Below are positions 25,727-38,357 of a stretch of DNA of 64,000 nucleotides, in pieces; position 1 is the stretch's first letter; each line of letters begins with the position of its first letter. Made by a program: the position numbers and the translations under genes. The notes under the pieces were generated by a model, which saw only the letters and a list, made by a program, of their open reading frames with translations, did not search any database and was not told the DNA's origin. The stretch is from Malacoraja senta (Eukaryota): positions 7,876,001 to 7,940,000 of the forward strand of contig CM075991.1 of the NCBI GenBank assembly GCA_038087875.1, written 5' to 3'.

Positions 25727-26560
25727 CAAGGGTTGGCAACCTTGTTCTGCGCAGGGGCCAGGACCCATGTCTGTGAGCGGATGGCGGGCCACGTCTATCG
25801 CCATCGTGTGACACTTGGTGTTCTTTTTTGCGTTAGTTTTCACGTGTTTTTCCAATTTGTTTCCTGCCGTTCCCAGGCTCCTCGCGCGCCCCGGGACCGG
25901 CTGCAGTTCCCAGGTCGGCTCGCCTGCTTGTCCCCGGGACTGGCTGTAGCGCCCAGGTCACCTGCGTGCCCCGGGACGAGCCGCAGTTCGCAGATCAGCT
26001 CGCGTGCCCCGGGACTGGCTGTGGATCCTTAGGCTTGTCTTGGCAGAAAAAACAGATCAATTTTTCAAGACATGGACACCCTTTACCGAATTCTTACAAG
26101 AATAGTATGGCGCAAATTTGGATTTAAATCCAACTATGGGTTGGGTGAGGTGGGCGGGGGAGGACGGGGGGACGAGGGGCAGGTATATCTCCACTTTTTT
26201 TCTTTTTTTCTCTTTTTTTTTCCTTTTCCTCTCTTATATCTTTATACACTACTTTGGCAGTCTAGGAGTCCTATCTTTTCACTTTTTACTTTTTCTATCT
26301 CTTGTTCTTTCTCTCTCATTTTCCCTCATTTTCAGGTAAAAAGGTCAAAATTGAAGCTGTACAGTAATTGTATAATTTTACATGCCGAATGTTTTATTCC
26401 TGTACAATTGCTTCTAATAAAAAAATAAAACATTTTAAAAAAGGACTGGCTGCGGTTCCCAGGTGGCGAAAACGAATTGAAAATAAATGCGTCTGCGTGC
26501 CGGATGGTTTCGGGTTACGGGCCGGATCCTGGCCCATGGGCCCTAGGTTGCCGACCCCTG
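25727..26560. mobile_element. non-autonomous hAT DNA transposon
   Basis: TIR caagggttggcaacc / ggttgccgacccctg; 8-bp TSD atctacat/atctatat; internal ~40-bp GC tandem repeats. Confidence 0.8.
26028..26442 (+). mobile_element. L1-like 3' end inserted in the hAT element
   Basis: ORF end RLVLAEKTDQFFKTWTPFTEFLQE*; AATAAA and poly(A); flanks ggactggctgYgg. Confidence 0.65.
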
Positions 26561-26847
26561 ATCTATATGAACGATTCGGATGATAATGCTGTGAGGATGG
26601 GGAGTGCGTTTACAGACGACACCGCAGCGGATGGAACAGCAGACAGTGTGAAGGTTATCTACGATTTACAGCGGGATCGATGCGTACTGAGGAATGATGA
26701 TCGGCCAAGGAAATGGCCGATGGAATTTAACTCTGACAAGTGTGAGGTGTTGTTAAAGCAGGGTGGGAATAAAGCAGTACACGACTGGGCCTTGGTGAGT
26801 GTCATAGAACAGAGAATCCAAGGGGTACTCCCTGAAAGTGTCGACAC

Positions 26848-27160
26848 AGGGACGGTGGCGCAGCGGTAGAGTTGCTGCCTCACAGCACCAGAGACCCAGG
26901 TTCGATCCCGACTATGAGTACTGTCTGTACGGAGTTTGTACCTCCTTCCTGTGACCCGCGTGGGTTTTCTCCGAGATCTTCGGTTTTCTCCCACACTCCA
27001 AAGACGTACAGGCTTGTAAGTTAATTGGCTTGGTAAATGTAAAAAAATTGTCCCTAATGTGTGTAGGATAGTGTTAATATGCGGGGATTGCTGGTCGGCA
27101 CGGACTCGGTGGGTCGAAGGGCCTGTTTCCGCGCTGTATCTCTAAAGTAAACGAAACTAA
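26848..27160 (+). mobile_element. HE1/V-SINE-like SINE, full length
   Basis: close to consensus. Confidence 0.85.
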
Positions 27161-27814
27161 GATAGATAGGGTGGTGAAGAAGGCGTTTGGCATGTTTTGC
27201 CTTTATCGGTCAGGGCAATAAGGTACAGGAGTTAGGATGTCACAGTACAACTGGATGGCTGCCCCACATCTTAACATTGTGAATGGAACCCACCACCTGC
27301 CTCCTTGTTAAAACTTGCCAAACTACGAAGTGAATCCAGTTTTGTGCCGTGTGTGAGGTGAGAGCTTCTGACTGCTCATTATCTAAGAACTGAAGTTAAT
27401 AATAACCAAGAGTACTGTTGATGGAATAACCCCAAGGCCTCTGAAGCATCTATCAAGTGAGTGGCAGTATCTGTTGTGACAGGGTGTCACATCCAAAAAT
27501 CTAATGAACCGTCTCCGACCAAACCATCAGAATTATAATTACTGTTGAGTCTATTGCCGGGTTGTTAAAGAATGTAGTGGCAGCCCACTTAACGATTTAC
27601 GCGGAGTGTGGTCTCCCTCTGATGTGCCGATGATTCCTTCACTCCTCGATGTGGTGGACGGCAGCCTCTTCCTCCTCTCTATTCCCTGGAATTCTGTGGC
27701 ATTAGTTTTTAGTGGGATTCGTCAAGGAAGTGGGATTTGCTTTTCTTGTCTCGAAGAAGGAGTCAACTTATTGGAAGATGTAAGATCTTGAGGGAGGATT
27801 GCAGGGTGGATGAT

Positions 27815-28160
27815 GTAGGAAGGAACTGCAGATGCTGGTTTCAACCGAAGATACCGTGGACGCAACATGCTGGAGTAAAGGGCCTGTCCTACGTGGGCGT
27901 CATTTGCGCGTCATTTACGCGTCACGATGCACGACACGCGCGTGATGCGTGCATGGCACGTGGTGGCGTAGGCAGTGACGCCACCTGCGTGACGCGCAAA
28001 GGACAGGCCCTTTACTCAGCGGGACGGGCAGCATCTCTGGAGAGAAGGGATGGGTGATGTTTCTGTGACGAAGGGTCTCGACCCCAAACATCGCCCATCC
28101 CTTCTCTCCAGAGATGCTGCCCGTCCCCCTGAGTTACTCCAGTATTCTGTATCTATCTAC
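27815..28160. mobile_element. inverted Penelope pLTR pair containing a MITE
   Basis: gctggagtaa[MITE]ttactcagcggg. Confidence 0.75.
27879..28011. mobile_element. Harbinger-like MITE (CpG-rich, internally deleted)
   Basis: agggcctgtcc...ggacaggccct; TAA/TTA flanks. Confidence 0.75.
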
Positions 28161-28622
28161 AGGGTGGATGGTGACAGGTCACCCCATATGGGAAGAGTCT
28201 CCAGTAGAACTATAGAAGGTGGTGACATAATAATAGGGCGGTCATTAACAACTGAGGTACGTTGGAAGTCCTTCACACAAACATCAGCGAATCTCTGAAA
28301 TTTCCTGCCCCGAAGCGATGTAGAGACCAGATCATTGGGGGTATTTAAAGAGGGGATAGGGAAATTTTTCAACAAGATCATTTGTTGCGAACATTGATTT
28401 CTCTAATTTCAAGTAACTCCTGCATTCTCCTTCTCTTCTGCTTTCACCTCAGCTTTCCAGTGTATGAAAAGAAATTGAGACAGGTACATGGATAGGAATG
28501 GTTCAGAAGGGTAGGGAGCCAAACACAGGCAGGTTCGACTAGCGTAGATGGGACACCAATCGAGATCGATAGGTTCATCTCGGGTAAGGAAATTGGGAAA
28601 ACACATGTGGTCAGAGTTGAGG

Positions 28623-28741
28623 GTACACAAAAATGCTGGAGAAACTCAGCGGGTGCAGCAGCATCTATGGAGCGAAGGAAATAGGCAACGTTTCGGGCCG
28701 AAACTCTTCTTCAGACTGAATTGAGTTGAGTTGAATTGAAT
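28623..28741 (-). mobile_element. short Penelope pLTR insertion
   Basis: 15-bp TSD tggtcagagttgagg (28608-28622 / 28742-28756). Confidence 0.75.
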
Positions 28742-28802
28742 TGGTCAGAGTTGAGGTGCAGGTCATTTGGAATCTGCTGGAGGGCCTGGATGGTGGACTC
28801 AC

Positions 28803-28883
28803 CTCCTGGGTATTGAACCCCAGGCAAAGGTCCAGAGATGCATAAATAGAAGAAGGTGTACAACATGAGGCCGTTAAAGCGAG
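28803..28883 (-). other. candidate 81-nt internal exon of an unidentified host gene
   Basis: acceptor ccactatttgcAG, donor gag|GTGAGT, length divisible by 3, two stop-free frames. Confidence 0.35.
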
Positions 28884-29234
28884 CTGCAAATAGTGGCAGG
28901 AGATTACAGTTGTTAGGAAGCCTCTGCTGATTTCTTAAGACTGCTAATGCTTTAAGCTGCTGCTGGAGTTCACAAGAAGTATGCGCTTGGCTCCTCTTTG
29001 CAGATGGTGGTTGAATAATGTTTAAGCTGGCTGGAGAATTCAATTCCTTTGATTGTTTCTTGATGCTACTCCGCAGTTTTCCAGTGCAGCAAGTTGTAAG
29101 TATCGAACAGAACATACAGCCATTGTAATGGCCATCGTTTTGTAGAAGCATCGGTTCAGACCACAGCTGGAGACCACAGCTGGTGTCGTGACTTGGATAC
29201 AGTGGCAATTCACCGTGCTGATACCAGCAGCTAG

Positions 29235-29553
29235 AGATTAGTTTAGAGATGCAGCGCAGAAACTGGCCCTTTGGCCCACCGAGTCCGCACCGCACCAACC
29301 AGTGATCCCCGCACATTAGCACTATCTACACACACTAGGGACAATTTTATATTTAAACCAAGCCAATTAAACTACAAACCTGTACGTCTTTGGAGTTTGG
29401 GAGGAAACAGAAGATCTCGGAGAAAACCCACGCAGGTCACGGGGAGAACGTACAAACTCCGTACAGACAACGCACCCGCAGTCAGGATTGAATCCGGGCC
29501 CTGGGTCTCTGGCGCTGTAAGGCAGCAACTCTACCGCTGCACCACCATGCCAC
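29235..29553 (-). mobile_element. HE1/V-SINE-like SINE
   Basis: reverse complement of consensus. Confidence 0.85.
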
Positions 29554-30164
29554 CCTTCCTTTCTTCTTCTTCTTGCGAATGAAACATGAATAAACCAAAG
29601 GAATAGTTAGATCTCAAGCCGGGTGTTGAGCAGCCAGGCCCTGAGCTCCATTTGGTGGGTGGTAGAACGGGCACCCAGAGATGACGTGGTTGGCTGTCCT
29701 TTAGGAAGATAAGTAAGTAAGTAAGTTTATTGGCCAAGTATTCACATACAAGGAATTTGCCTTGGTGCTCCGCCCACAAGTAACAACATGACATACAGTG
29801 ACAGTTACGAATGACTCAGAAAACACTAAACATTAATAATAATAAAACATTAATGATAAACCATCAAGCATGTGAACCAACAAAACATGTGAACAAACAA
29901 GATATGAACCTTCCTTTAGGAAGAAATGAACATTAGGGATGGGGAGGGGGCGATTTAAACTCATAAAGTGAGAAATTACAATCATAGAGTCATTCAGCAC
30001 AGAAACAGGCCCTTCGGCCCAACTTGTCCATGTCAACAAAGATGCCCAACTATGCTAGTGCCACCTGCCTGCGTTTGGCCCACATCCCTCTGAACCTCTC
30101 CTGTCCACGTACCTGTCCAAATATCTTTGCATTTACACGAAATCCGAGGTAAAAGCAGAACATT

Positions 30165-30465
30165 TCGAGTTTAGAGAGATGTAGCGTGAAAACAGGCCCT
30201 TCGGCCCACCAAGTTCATGCCGACCATTGATCAGTTGTACTTCTATATTAACCCACTTTACCTACACACTAGGGGCAATTTACAGAAACCAATTAACCTA
30301 CAAACCTGCATTGTCATTGAGGAATGATGGAGGACACCGGAGCATCCAGAGAAAACCCACGCGGTCACAGGAAGAACGTACAAACTCCGTACACACAGCA
30401 CCCGTAGTCAGAATCGAACTCGGTTCTCTGGCGCTGTAAGGCAGCAACTCTACCGCTGTATCATG
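30165..30465 (-). mobile_element. HE1/V-SINE-like SINE
   Basis: reverse complement of consensus. Confidence 0.8.
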
Positions 30466-31191
30466 CCATGTTGCATTGCTACTTTCAAGGGGCTGTGGGC
30501 TTAGATTTCAGATTTCCAGCATCTCCAGTGGTTTTGTTGATTTTCCGCTATGGATCACAAGGCGGAAACGCCTCAAAGAGCTGAATGAGGTCCTTATTTG
30601 AGGCTGGCAAGAATCTCGCACGTTATTCCATCCGAGGTTTACTGTGAGTGAGAGCTGTTTGACTTCTTGTGAAGAAAGGCAAGTTCCTTATCAGCCCTGT
30701 CAAACATTCGCAAACCTTTCACAAGCAATTAATTAGCTCGCAAATGTAACAATGGCAAACAGTGGCACGGCCAGGAAACAAAACAGTGAGATGAGCAGCC
30801 GGTGAATCTGATAGTTACTGTATAAACCGATGAAGAAATGATCAGGGGGGATAGTTGGAGAAAGAGGGAATTCCATGTCTCGACCCAAAACGTCACCCAT
30901 TCCATCTCCCCAGTGATGCTGCCTGCCCCGCTGAGTTACTCCAGCATTTTGTGTCTATCTTTGGTGTAAACCCCCATCTACAGCTCCTTCCTACAGAGCA
31001 GCAGAGTGGTTCCACCAAGATGCAGGACAGAACGCCACAGGAGATCCTTCTTCCCTATGGCTATTAAACTGTACAACTCCTCCCCCTTCTGTCGTGAGGT
31101 AGACTGACTCCCCTCTCCCCAATCTTTGCACATCCCCAATCCTTTCCATTCGTCACTATAATTTCATGTTTCATGTATTTTGTGTTTTATG

Positions 31192-31287
31192 TCTGAAGAA
31201 GGGTTTCGGCCTGAAACGTTGCCTATTTCCTTCGCTTCTGAGATGCTGCTGCACCCGCTGAGTTTCTCCAGCACTTTTGTCCACCTT
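31192..31287 (+). mobile_element. 96-bp Penelope pLTR insertion starting at the hammerhead core
   Basis: 11-bp TSD tgtgttttatg; starts tctgaagaagggtttcggcctgaaacgtt. Confidence 0.75.
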
Positions 31288-31417
31288 GTGTTTTATGACT
31301 GTTGGCAGATCAATTTCCCTCCTGGGATAAATAACGTTCTATCATATCGTACCGTATTCCATCCTGTTGTTCATGGAAAGCCATAACGATTGCCTGGGCC
31401 CATTGGAGGGGTCAGTT

Positions 31418-32200
31418 TTAAGAGGAACTGCAGATGCTGGTTTAATCCGCATGCTGGAGTAATTCAGCGGGACAGGCAGCATCTCTTGAGAGAAGGAATG
31501 GGAGACGTTTTGGGTCGAGACCCTTCTTCAGACTAAGAGTCAGGGGAGAGCGAAATTGGAGATATGGAAGGGTACAAAGGGAATGTAAGGTGTGAAAATG
31601 ACTGACAGATCAAAGCAGGCGATGGACACAAAAAGCTGGAGTAACTCAGCTGGTCCAGCAGCATCTCTGGAGAAAGGGAATAGGTGGCATTTCAATAGAC
31701 AATAGGTGCAGGAGTAGGCCATTCGGCCCTTCGAGCCAGCACAGCCATTCAATGTGATCATAGATGATCATCCCCAATCAGTACTCCGTTCCTGCCTTCT
31801 CTCCATATCCCCTGACTCCGCTATCTTTAAGAGCCCTATCTAGCTCGCTCTTGAAAGTATCCAGAGAACCGCCCTCCACCGCCCTCTGAGGCAGAGAATT
31901 CCACAGACTTTCAGCTCGAGACACTTCTTCAGACTGGGAGTCAGGGGAAAGAGAAAAGAGAGATATGGATGGTAGAGAGATATGGAACAAATGAATGAAA
32001 GATATGCAAAAAAGTAACAATGATAAAGGAAACAGGCCATTGTTAGCTGTGGGCTAGGTGAAAACGAGTTACAGACAACGAAACTCAACAAGACGACTGA
32101 ACCTAGTACAACGACTTGAGTGGGGGAGGGACAGAGAGAGAGGGGATACAAGCATTACTTGAAGTTAGAGAAATCAATATTCATGCCACTGGGTTGTAAG
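31418..32200 (-). mobile_element. Penelope fragments with nested CR1 tail (31693-31908)
   Basis: pLTR motifs plus CR1 aatagacaataggtgcaggagtaggcc. Confidence 0.7.
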
Positions 32201-32789
32201 AGATCAAAGCAGATGATGGTCAAGGAAATGTAAACTGGTTCATTGTTTCAAAGACTGGTAGAATGGGTCAGTTTGCAAATGATGAGCCCGAGCAAGCTGT
32301 GTGAAACTTCCCGTCTCAAAAACTCCTCTCGTTTGTCACCTCTCCCATTTCACGGAGTGTGGCAGCTTCCCCGGGCCATCTGAGATGCACAGTGTGGATT
32401 TTCTGGCTGCGCTCACAGATAGACTTGCACTGAACACAGAGCGTGCGTGGGTGTCTAAGTAGCCAAGGAAGAAACGATTTGAAGAGGTTACAGCTTTCAC
32501 TGTTACAAAAGCCGTTAGTTAACAATCATTCTCGGATTACGGTGTACGTTGCCTTCGTTCTGTCGAAGCCTGGGTTGGAAACGAGGAGCCATTGATGTAA
32601 CGAAACTGCTGTTTTGTACCGTGTAGAAAACAGGATCAAATGCACTCACCTTCCCCCTCAAAATCTTGCATCCTCTTTGGAGCAAAATGCTGGAAATTCT
32701 ATGCAAACCAGACAGCACTTGTGGGGGAGAGAAGTGGAGCTAATGTTTGCAGCTTTAGGGTCAGAGTCGTACAGAATGGAAACAGGCCC

Positions 32790-33000
32790 CAAACCACCCC
32801 CTTCCCAGGTACCTTCCCGCAGGAGATGCAACACCTGTCCCTTTATCTCCCGCTTTGATTCCATCCAAGGACCCCGACAGTCTTTCCAGGTGAGGCAGTG
32901 AGAGGTTCACTTGCACCTCCTCCAACCTCATCTACTGCATCCACTGTTCCAGGTGTCAACTTCTCTACATCGGCGAGACCAAGCGCAGGCCCGGCGATGA
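32790..33000 (+). mobile_element. Penelope-like GIY-YIG endonuclease fragment
   Basis: RRRCNTCPFI...GPRQSFQVRQ / FTCTSSNLIYCIHCSRCQLLYIGETKRR. Confidence 0.85.
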
Positions 33001-33586
33001 GGATGTGCTTGGCCCTTATCCCTCCAAACCTGTCCTATCTATCTACCTGCTTAAATGTTTCTTAAACTTTGTGATAGTACCTGCCTCACCTACCTCCTCT
33101 GGCAGCTCGTTCCATTCACCTACTACCTCTTTGTGTGAAAAGGCTACCCCTCAGGTTCCTTCCCCCCATCACCTTATATCCTCTGGTTCTCGATTCCCCT
33201 ACTCTGGGCAAGAGACTCTGTGCAACTATCCGATCTAACCCTCTCATGGTTTTGAGAGTTAAGAACTGTTTTAACGTTGTCATGGGCTTTGCTTGCATTG
33301 AAGAATTTTGTGCAGGTGATGTCCAACAAGCAAGTGTTTGACATCACTGCGCATGACCAGCGATCTCTGGTATTCCAACAAACCACCCACACACACAACT
33401 CCTGAGACTTTAGTGGTAAGTGCAGAAACAGGCCCTTTGGCCCACCAGGTCTCCGCCGACCAGCGATCACCCCTGTACACTAAAAATATCCTTGATTTCA
33501 CCAAGTGCTGAGGACAGAATTCTTTACATAAGTCACCTAATGCATAAGTTGGGGAATGTCCGTACTTTGTTTTCTGAAGCTGTATG

Positions 33587-34020
33587 GTAGTAGGCCCCCC
33601 CCCTCGGTCATGACTGACCATGGGTGAGGCATCCTGGTCGGATGCAAGCCTGGGCGATGTCATATGGAGGACAGGCTGTTGCCCATGCAGCACGTCCCCC
33701 CTCTCCACGTCGCCGATCGATCCAAAGGAACAGCAGGGCCGTTACAGTTTGGCACCAGCGCCGTCGCAGGAGCTGCCAGAGCGAGGTTGTAGACAACGAC
33801 GAACTGCCTTAGGGGCTCCGACTCCGGATTTTCTTGGGGTTTACTCCTGGAGCCTTTTCCATGACTGGATATGGCCACAAGGCAGTGGAGGTTTGAAATC
33901 AGAGTTTTCCCTCTCCTAGATGGACTGCCTTCCCAGGCTGACGAGCCCCATCCGCCCGAGACTCGTGGGGGCGGGAGCGTCTACCTTCCCGTGCAGGTCT
34001 ATAGCACCTGCCCACTGCCC
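33587..34020 (-). mobile_element. non-autonomous RTE-like retroposon, copy 2
   Basis: reverse complement of 3593-4025 with few differences; identical 5' start. Confidence 0.7.
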
Positions 34021-34837
34021 AAAAGTGTATACACTTCAGCTTTTACGAATCCTATTGCCACTTCTTGTTGTAAAAATGTTCTAATAATGTAATCACTTTT
34101 GACTTTCTGCTCCTGTCAGGGGGCCTATTTTGTACCTCTGGTTCATTCAACAGCACCTTTAATCTGTTTCAATGGATTCCAAAGTTTTCTCCCAGATTTT
34201 TCCCTGTAGGTTTTGTATAATTGTTTTGTTTAGCTTCAGTTCAGTTTTAATTGGACCATCGATCATTTTGCTCACGGTTTGTTTAGCTTACATCTCTTTT
34301 CGTTGACCCGTGGGTTAAACCCTTTGTACCTTCATGTATTGTAGCCTTTATGCTATCATTTCCAGTTGCATTGATTGGATCTTTGCTGATCATTGTTCGT
34401 GCGTGTGTTTGTGTGTGTGCTGAGATGGGCAAAAGATATCCCAGGTGTCATTTTACCAAGAACAACGGGTTCACAGGTCAGGACAGCGAGGATTGAATTT
34501 CCTCCCCTTTGGATCTCACTACAAAAGATCGGTAAGTTTATTTGCGCTGTGGTTTTTCCCACAGAAGTATTACTCTGAAACATATATTGTTTGAAGAATG
34601 CAACGCCATTTGTCACCTTCTTGCAATGCTTGCACGCAGCAAGGTCCCAATGGACTCTGTGTGTGGGAAGGAACTGCAGATGTTGGTTTAAACCGAAGAT
34701 AGACACAAAATGCTGGATTAACTCAGCTGGTCTGGCAGCATCTCTGGAGAAAGGGGAATAGGTGATGTTTCAGGTCGAGACCCTTCTTCAATCTGCGGAT
34801 TTTAACTCAGTCTGAAAAAGGGTCTCGACTCGAAACT

Positions 34838-35253
34838 AGGATTTAGAAGATTGAGGGGGGATCTTATAGAAACGTACAAAATTCTTAAGGGGTTGGACAG
34901 GCTAGATGCAGGAAGATTGTTCCCGATGTTGGGGAAGTCCAGGACAAGGGGTCACAGTTTAAGGATAAGGGGAAAATCCTTTAGGACCGAGATGAGAAAA
35001 AAAAATATCACACAGAGAGTGGTGAATCTCTGGAATTCTCTGCCACAGAAGGTAGTTGAGGCCAGTTCATTGGCTATATTTAAGAGGGAGTTAGATGTGG
35101 CCCTTGTGGCTAAAGGGATCAGGGGGTATGGAGAGAAGGCAGGTACGGGATACTGAGGATGGATGATCAGCCATGATCATATTGAATGGCGGTGCAGGCT
35201 CGAAGGGCCGAATGGCCTACTCCTGCACATATTTTCTGTTTCTATGTTTCTAT
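34838..35253 (+). mobile_element. CR1 LINE 3' end (young)
   Basis: RGDLIETYKILKGLDRLDAGRLFPMLGKSRTRGHSLRIRGK...; interrupts an inverted Penelope pair (34658-35362). Confidence 0.9.
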
Positions 35254-35394
35254 GAAATGTCACCCATTCCTTCTATCCACAAATGCTGTCTGTCCCGCTG
35301 AGATACTCCAGCATTTTGTGCCTATCTTTGGTTTAAACCAGCATCTGCAGTTCCTTCCTACAACATATGCAAACTCCATACAGGCAGCACCAAA

Positions 35395-35702
35395 GTTTAG
35401 TTTAGAGTTAAAGCGCAGAAGCAGGCCCTTCGGCCCATTCGGCCCACCAAGTCCGTACTGACCAGCGATCTCCACACACTAACACTATCCTCCACACACT
35501 AGAGACAGTCGACAATTATACCAAGCCAATTAACCTACAAACCTGTACGCCTTTGGAGTGTGGAAGAAAGCCAGAGATCCTGGAGAAAACTCAGGCACCC
35601 AGGTCACAGGGAGAACGTGCAAACTCCGTACCGACAGCACCTGTAATCAGGATCAAATGCGGGTCTCTGGCGCTGTAAGGCAGCAACTCTACCACCATGC
35701 CG
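35395..35702 (-). mobile_element. HE1/V-SINE-like SINE
   Basis: reverse complement of consensus. Confidence 0.8.
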
Positions 35703-35769
35703 GATCAATATTTCACCATCAACGTAAAAAGTGGCATCAGTTTAATAATTTCTTCCAAACTATCCTTCT

Positions 35770-36440
35770 TTTCCAACTTGGTATTGGTTTATTATTGTCA
35801 TGTGTAACGAAATACGATGAAAAACTTGATTTTTCATGTAAATCATAAGGTACAAGAGCACATTAGTTCGTGTAAAAGAGAGAATAAGAAGAGAGCAGAA
35901 TATAGTGTCACATCTACAGAGAAAGTGCAGATGATTTAAAAAAAGTGCAAGGTTGATTGGAAGATCTGGAATTCTTCCCTGGACTATGAGAGATCCATTG
36001 AAAGAGTCTGATAACAGCATGGAAGAAGCTGTTCTTGAATGTGGTGGTGCTTGCTTTCAAGCCTTTAAACCTTCAATGAGGACTGTGAGTCATCTTTGAT
36101 AACGTTGGCTGCTTTCCCAAGGCAGCATGGAGTTAATGGAGTCAATGAGGGGGAAGGCTGTGTGATGAGCTGGAATTCACTGCAATTACTTTGCCGTCTT
36201 GGAGAGAGGAGTTGCCCAACCAAGGTGTGATTCATCCGGATAGGAAGCTTTCTATGGTGCATCCGGAGAAGTTGGCAAGAGTCATTGGAAACTTGCCGAA
36301 TTTCCTTAGCTTTCTCAGGAAGTAGAGGCATTGGTGTGCTTTCTTGGCCATCGTGCCAATGTGGAAGTAGGAACGAATTATAGGTGATATTTGCACCTAG
36401 GAAATTGATGCTCTCAAATATCTTCACTTCAGCACCATTG
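35770..36440 (-). mobile_element. Rex1/Babar LINE 3' fragment
   Basis: ESINFLGANIT; KKAHQCLYFLRKLRKFG-like segment. Confidence 0.7.
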
Positions 36441-36470
36441 ATACCGACTGGACCCCTACTTTAAAAACGT

Positions 36471-36774
36471 ACTTACTTACTTACTATTATGCCTCCTGGC
36501 ATGTAGGGCAGCAACGAAGGTCCTCCACTCAGTAGTGTTGATTCCTTCAGTTGCTGTTTCCGTAACATATGTGTTTTACGAGACAGGGTTGTTAGCCCTG
36601 TGCTCAACCTCCAACCTGGAGGACCAATGGATCGCTCTACGTCTCGCCTCTACCCTTCGACCTGTCCAGCATGGGAGACCCTAACAGGAGACGAATCTCC
36701 CGCTGGCATAGCTCTAGGGGTCACTGAGACGCACAAGCTCCCCGACCATGACAAGGTTGCAATCCAACGGGGAG
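36471..36774 (-). mobile_element. non-autonomous RTE-derived element with HDV-like 5' fold
   Basis: (TAAG)n tail; 5' ctccccgttggattgcaaccttgtcatggtcggggagc. Confidence 0.7.
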
Positions 36775-36784
36775 ACTTTATGGA

Positions 36785-36996
36785 AGATAGACACAAAATG
36801 CTGGAGTAACTCAGCGGGACAGGCAGCATCTCTGGAGAGAAGGAATGGGTGACGTTTCGGGTCGAGACCCTTCTTCAGACTGATAGGGTCTTTGTGATTT
36901 GACTGAATGAAGCTCGACTTCAGGCTGAGTTACTCCAGCTTTATGCGTCTATCCTCGATTCAAACCAGCATCTGCAGTTCCTTCCCACGCACCCTG
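36785..36996. mobile_element. inverted Penelope pLTR pair
   Basis: flanked by direct repeat ctttatgga; intact hammerhead core on minus strand at ~36850-36880. Confidence 0.75.
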
Positions 36997-37286
36997 CTTT
37001 ATGGAGTTGATGGCAGCTACTATAATCTGCTGACACTGAAAGAGAAGTTGTTGCCTTGCCTCAGTGAGGTCTGTGATCAAACCACAGCAAGGACTGTGGA
37101 GTCAAACGTTTTATAGCACTAGGAAGACTTAACTATAACTAACAATAATGAAGTAGATATGGAAACTAAAAAAATGCAGCAAACACTCAGCAGGTCAGGC
37201 AGCACCTGTGGAGAGATAAACAGTTAAAAAGCAAGTCAAGAATGTTTTACTGTCATATGTCCCAGAATGCAAAATTGAAATCCTTA

Positions 37287-37611
37287 TGGGCCTGTCCCAC
37301 TTACACGACTTTTTCGGCGACTGCCGGCACCCGTCATAGGTCGTTACAGGTTGCCGGAAATTTTCAACATGTTGAAAATCCAGCGGTGACCAGAACAAGG
37401 TGCGACTCTTTGGGCGACTACTCACGACCAGACAGACTTCACCCCGCGACATGTCGCCAGGGTGTCGCCTGTATGGTCATGAGTCGTCTCCTCAGTCGCC
37501 CCAAAGAGTCGTAGCTGGATTTTCAACATGTTGTAAATGTTCGGCGACCTGCAACGAACTATGACGGGTGCCGGCAGTCGCCGAAAAAGTTGCGTAAGTG
37601 GGACAGGCCCA
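37287..37611. mobile_element. Harbinger-like MITE, subfamily III
   Basis: long TIR tgggcctgtcccacttacacgactttttcggcgactgccggcacccgtcatag; TTA TSD. Confidence 0.85.
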
Positions 37612-37664
37612 TTACTTGCAGCAGCACAAAAGATATGTAAACATGGTATTCTGTATAAACCATC

Positions 37665-37981
37665 GGGACGGCATGGAAGCGCAGCGGTAGAGTTGCTGCC
37701 TTACAGAGGAAGAGACCTGGGTTCGACCCTGACTACGGGTGCTGTCTGTACGGAGTTTGTACATTCTCCCCGCGACCTGCGTGGGCTTTCTCCGGGTGCC
37801 CTGGTTTCCTCCCACACTCCAAAGACATACCGGCTTCTAGGTTAATTGGCTTTGGTAAAAATTGTAAATTGCCCCTAGTGTGTAGGATAGAACTAGTGTA
37901 TGGGGATCGCTGGTCGGCGCGGACTCAGTGGACCGAAGAACCTGTTTCCACGCTGTATCTCTAAGCTAAACTAAACTAAAC
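37665..37981 (+). mobile_element. HE1/V-SINE-like SINE
   Basis: consensus features. Confidence 0.85.
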
Positions 37982-38357
37982 AACAACAATTTTTTTGAAT
38001 CTAAATGTATAGATGTATATGTGTGTGGGTGTATATATATATATATATAAAATTTATATACACTTTTTTATTTATAACTATATTTATATATATATGTGTG
38101 TGTGGATATGCATGTACATATACATATATAAGTTGTGTTGGAAAAAAGAGGACAGATTTCTGGAGTAAATCAGTGGGGCAGGCTTCATCTCTGGAGAACA
38201 TGGATAGGTGACGTTTTGGATCAAGACCCTTCTTCAGACTCAAGTGAAGTTGGTTAGATCGCAGATCCATCTGCCCTGTCACACGTGAAGGATCCCATCA
38301 AGCGTTTAGAAAGTAGAACTGGGCCAACATTTATCTTAGCATAAAACAGCAACAACT

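Larger units (their letters stand above)
25660..26830 (+). mobile_element. decayed CR1 RT fragment (host of nested hAT and L1)
   Basis: RPMTSGVTQGTMLGSVVFGIYI|NDSDD...AFTDDT...DLQRD...WPMEFNSDKCEVL; continues after SINE at ~27160. Confidence 0.75.

Noticed and set aside
3593..34020. 30-kb interval bounded by 430-bp inverted repeats, as a giant transposon
   Set aside because: Each copy has a simple-repeat 3' tail typical of retroposition; no shared TSD or transposase is visible.
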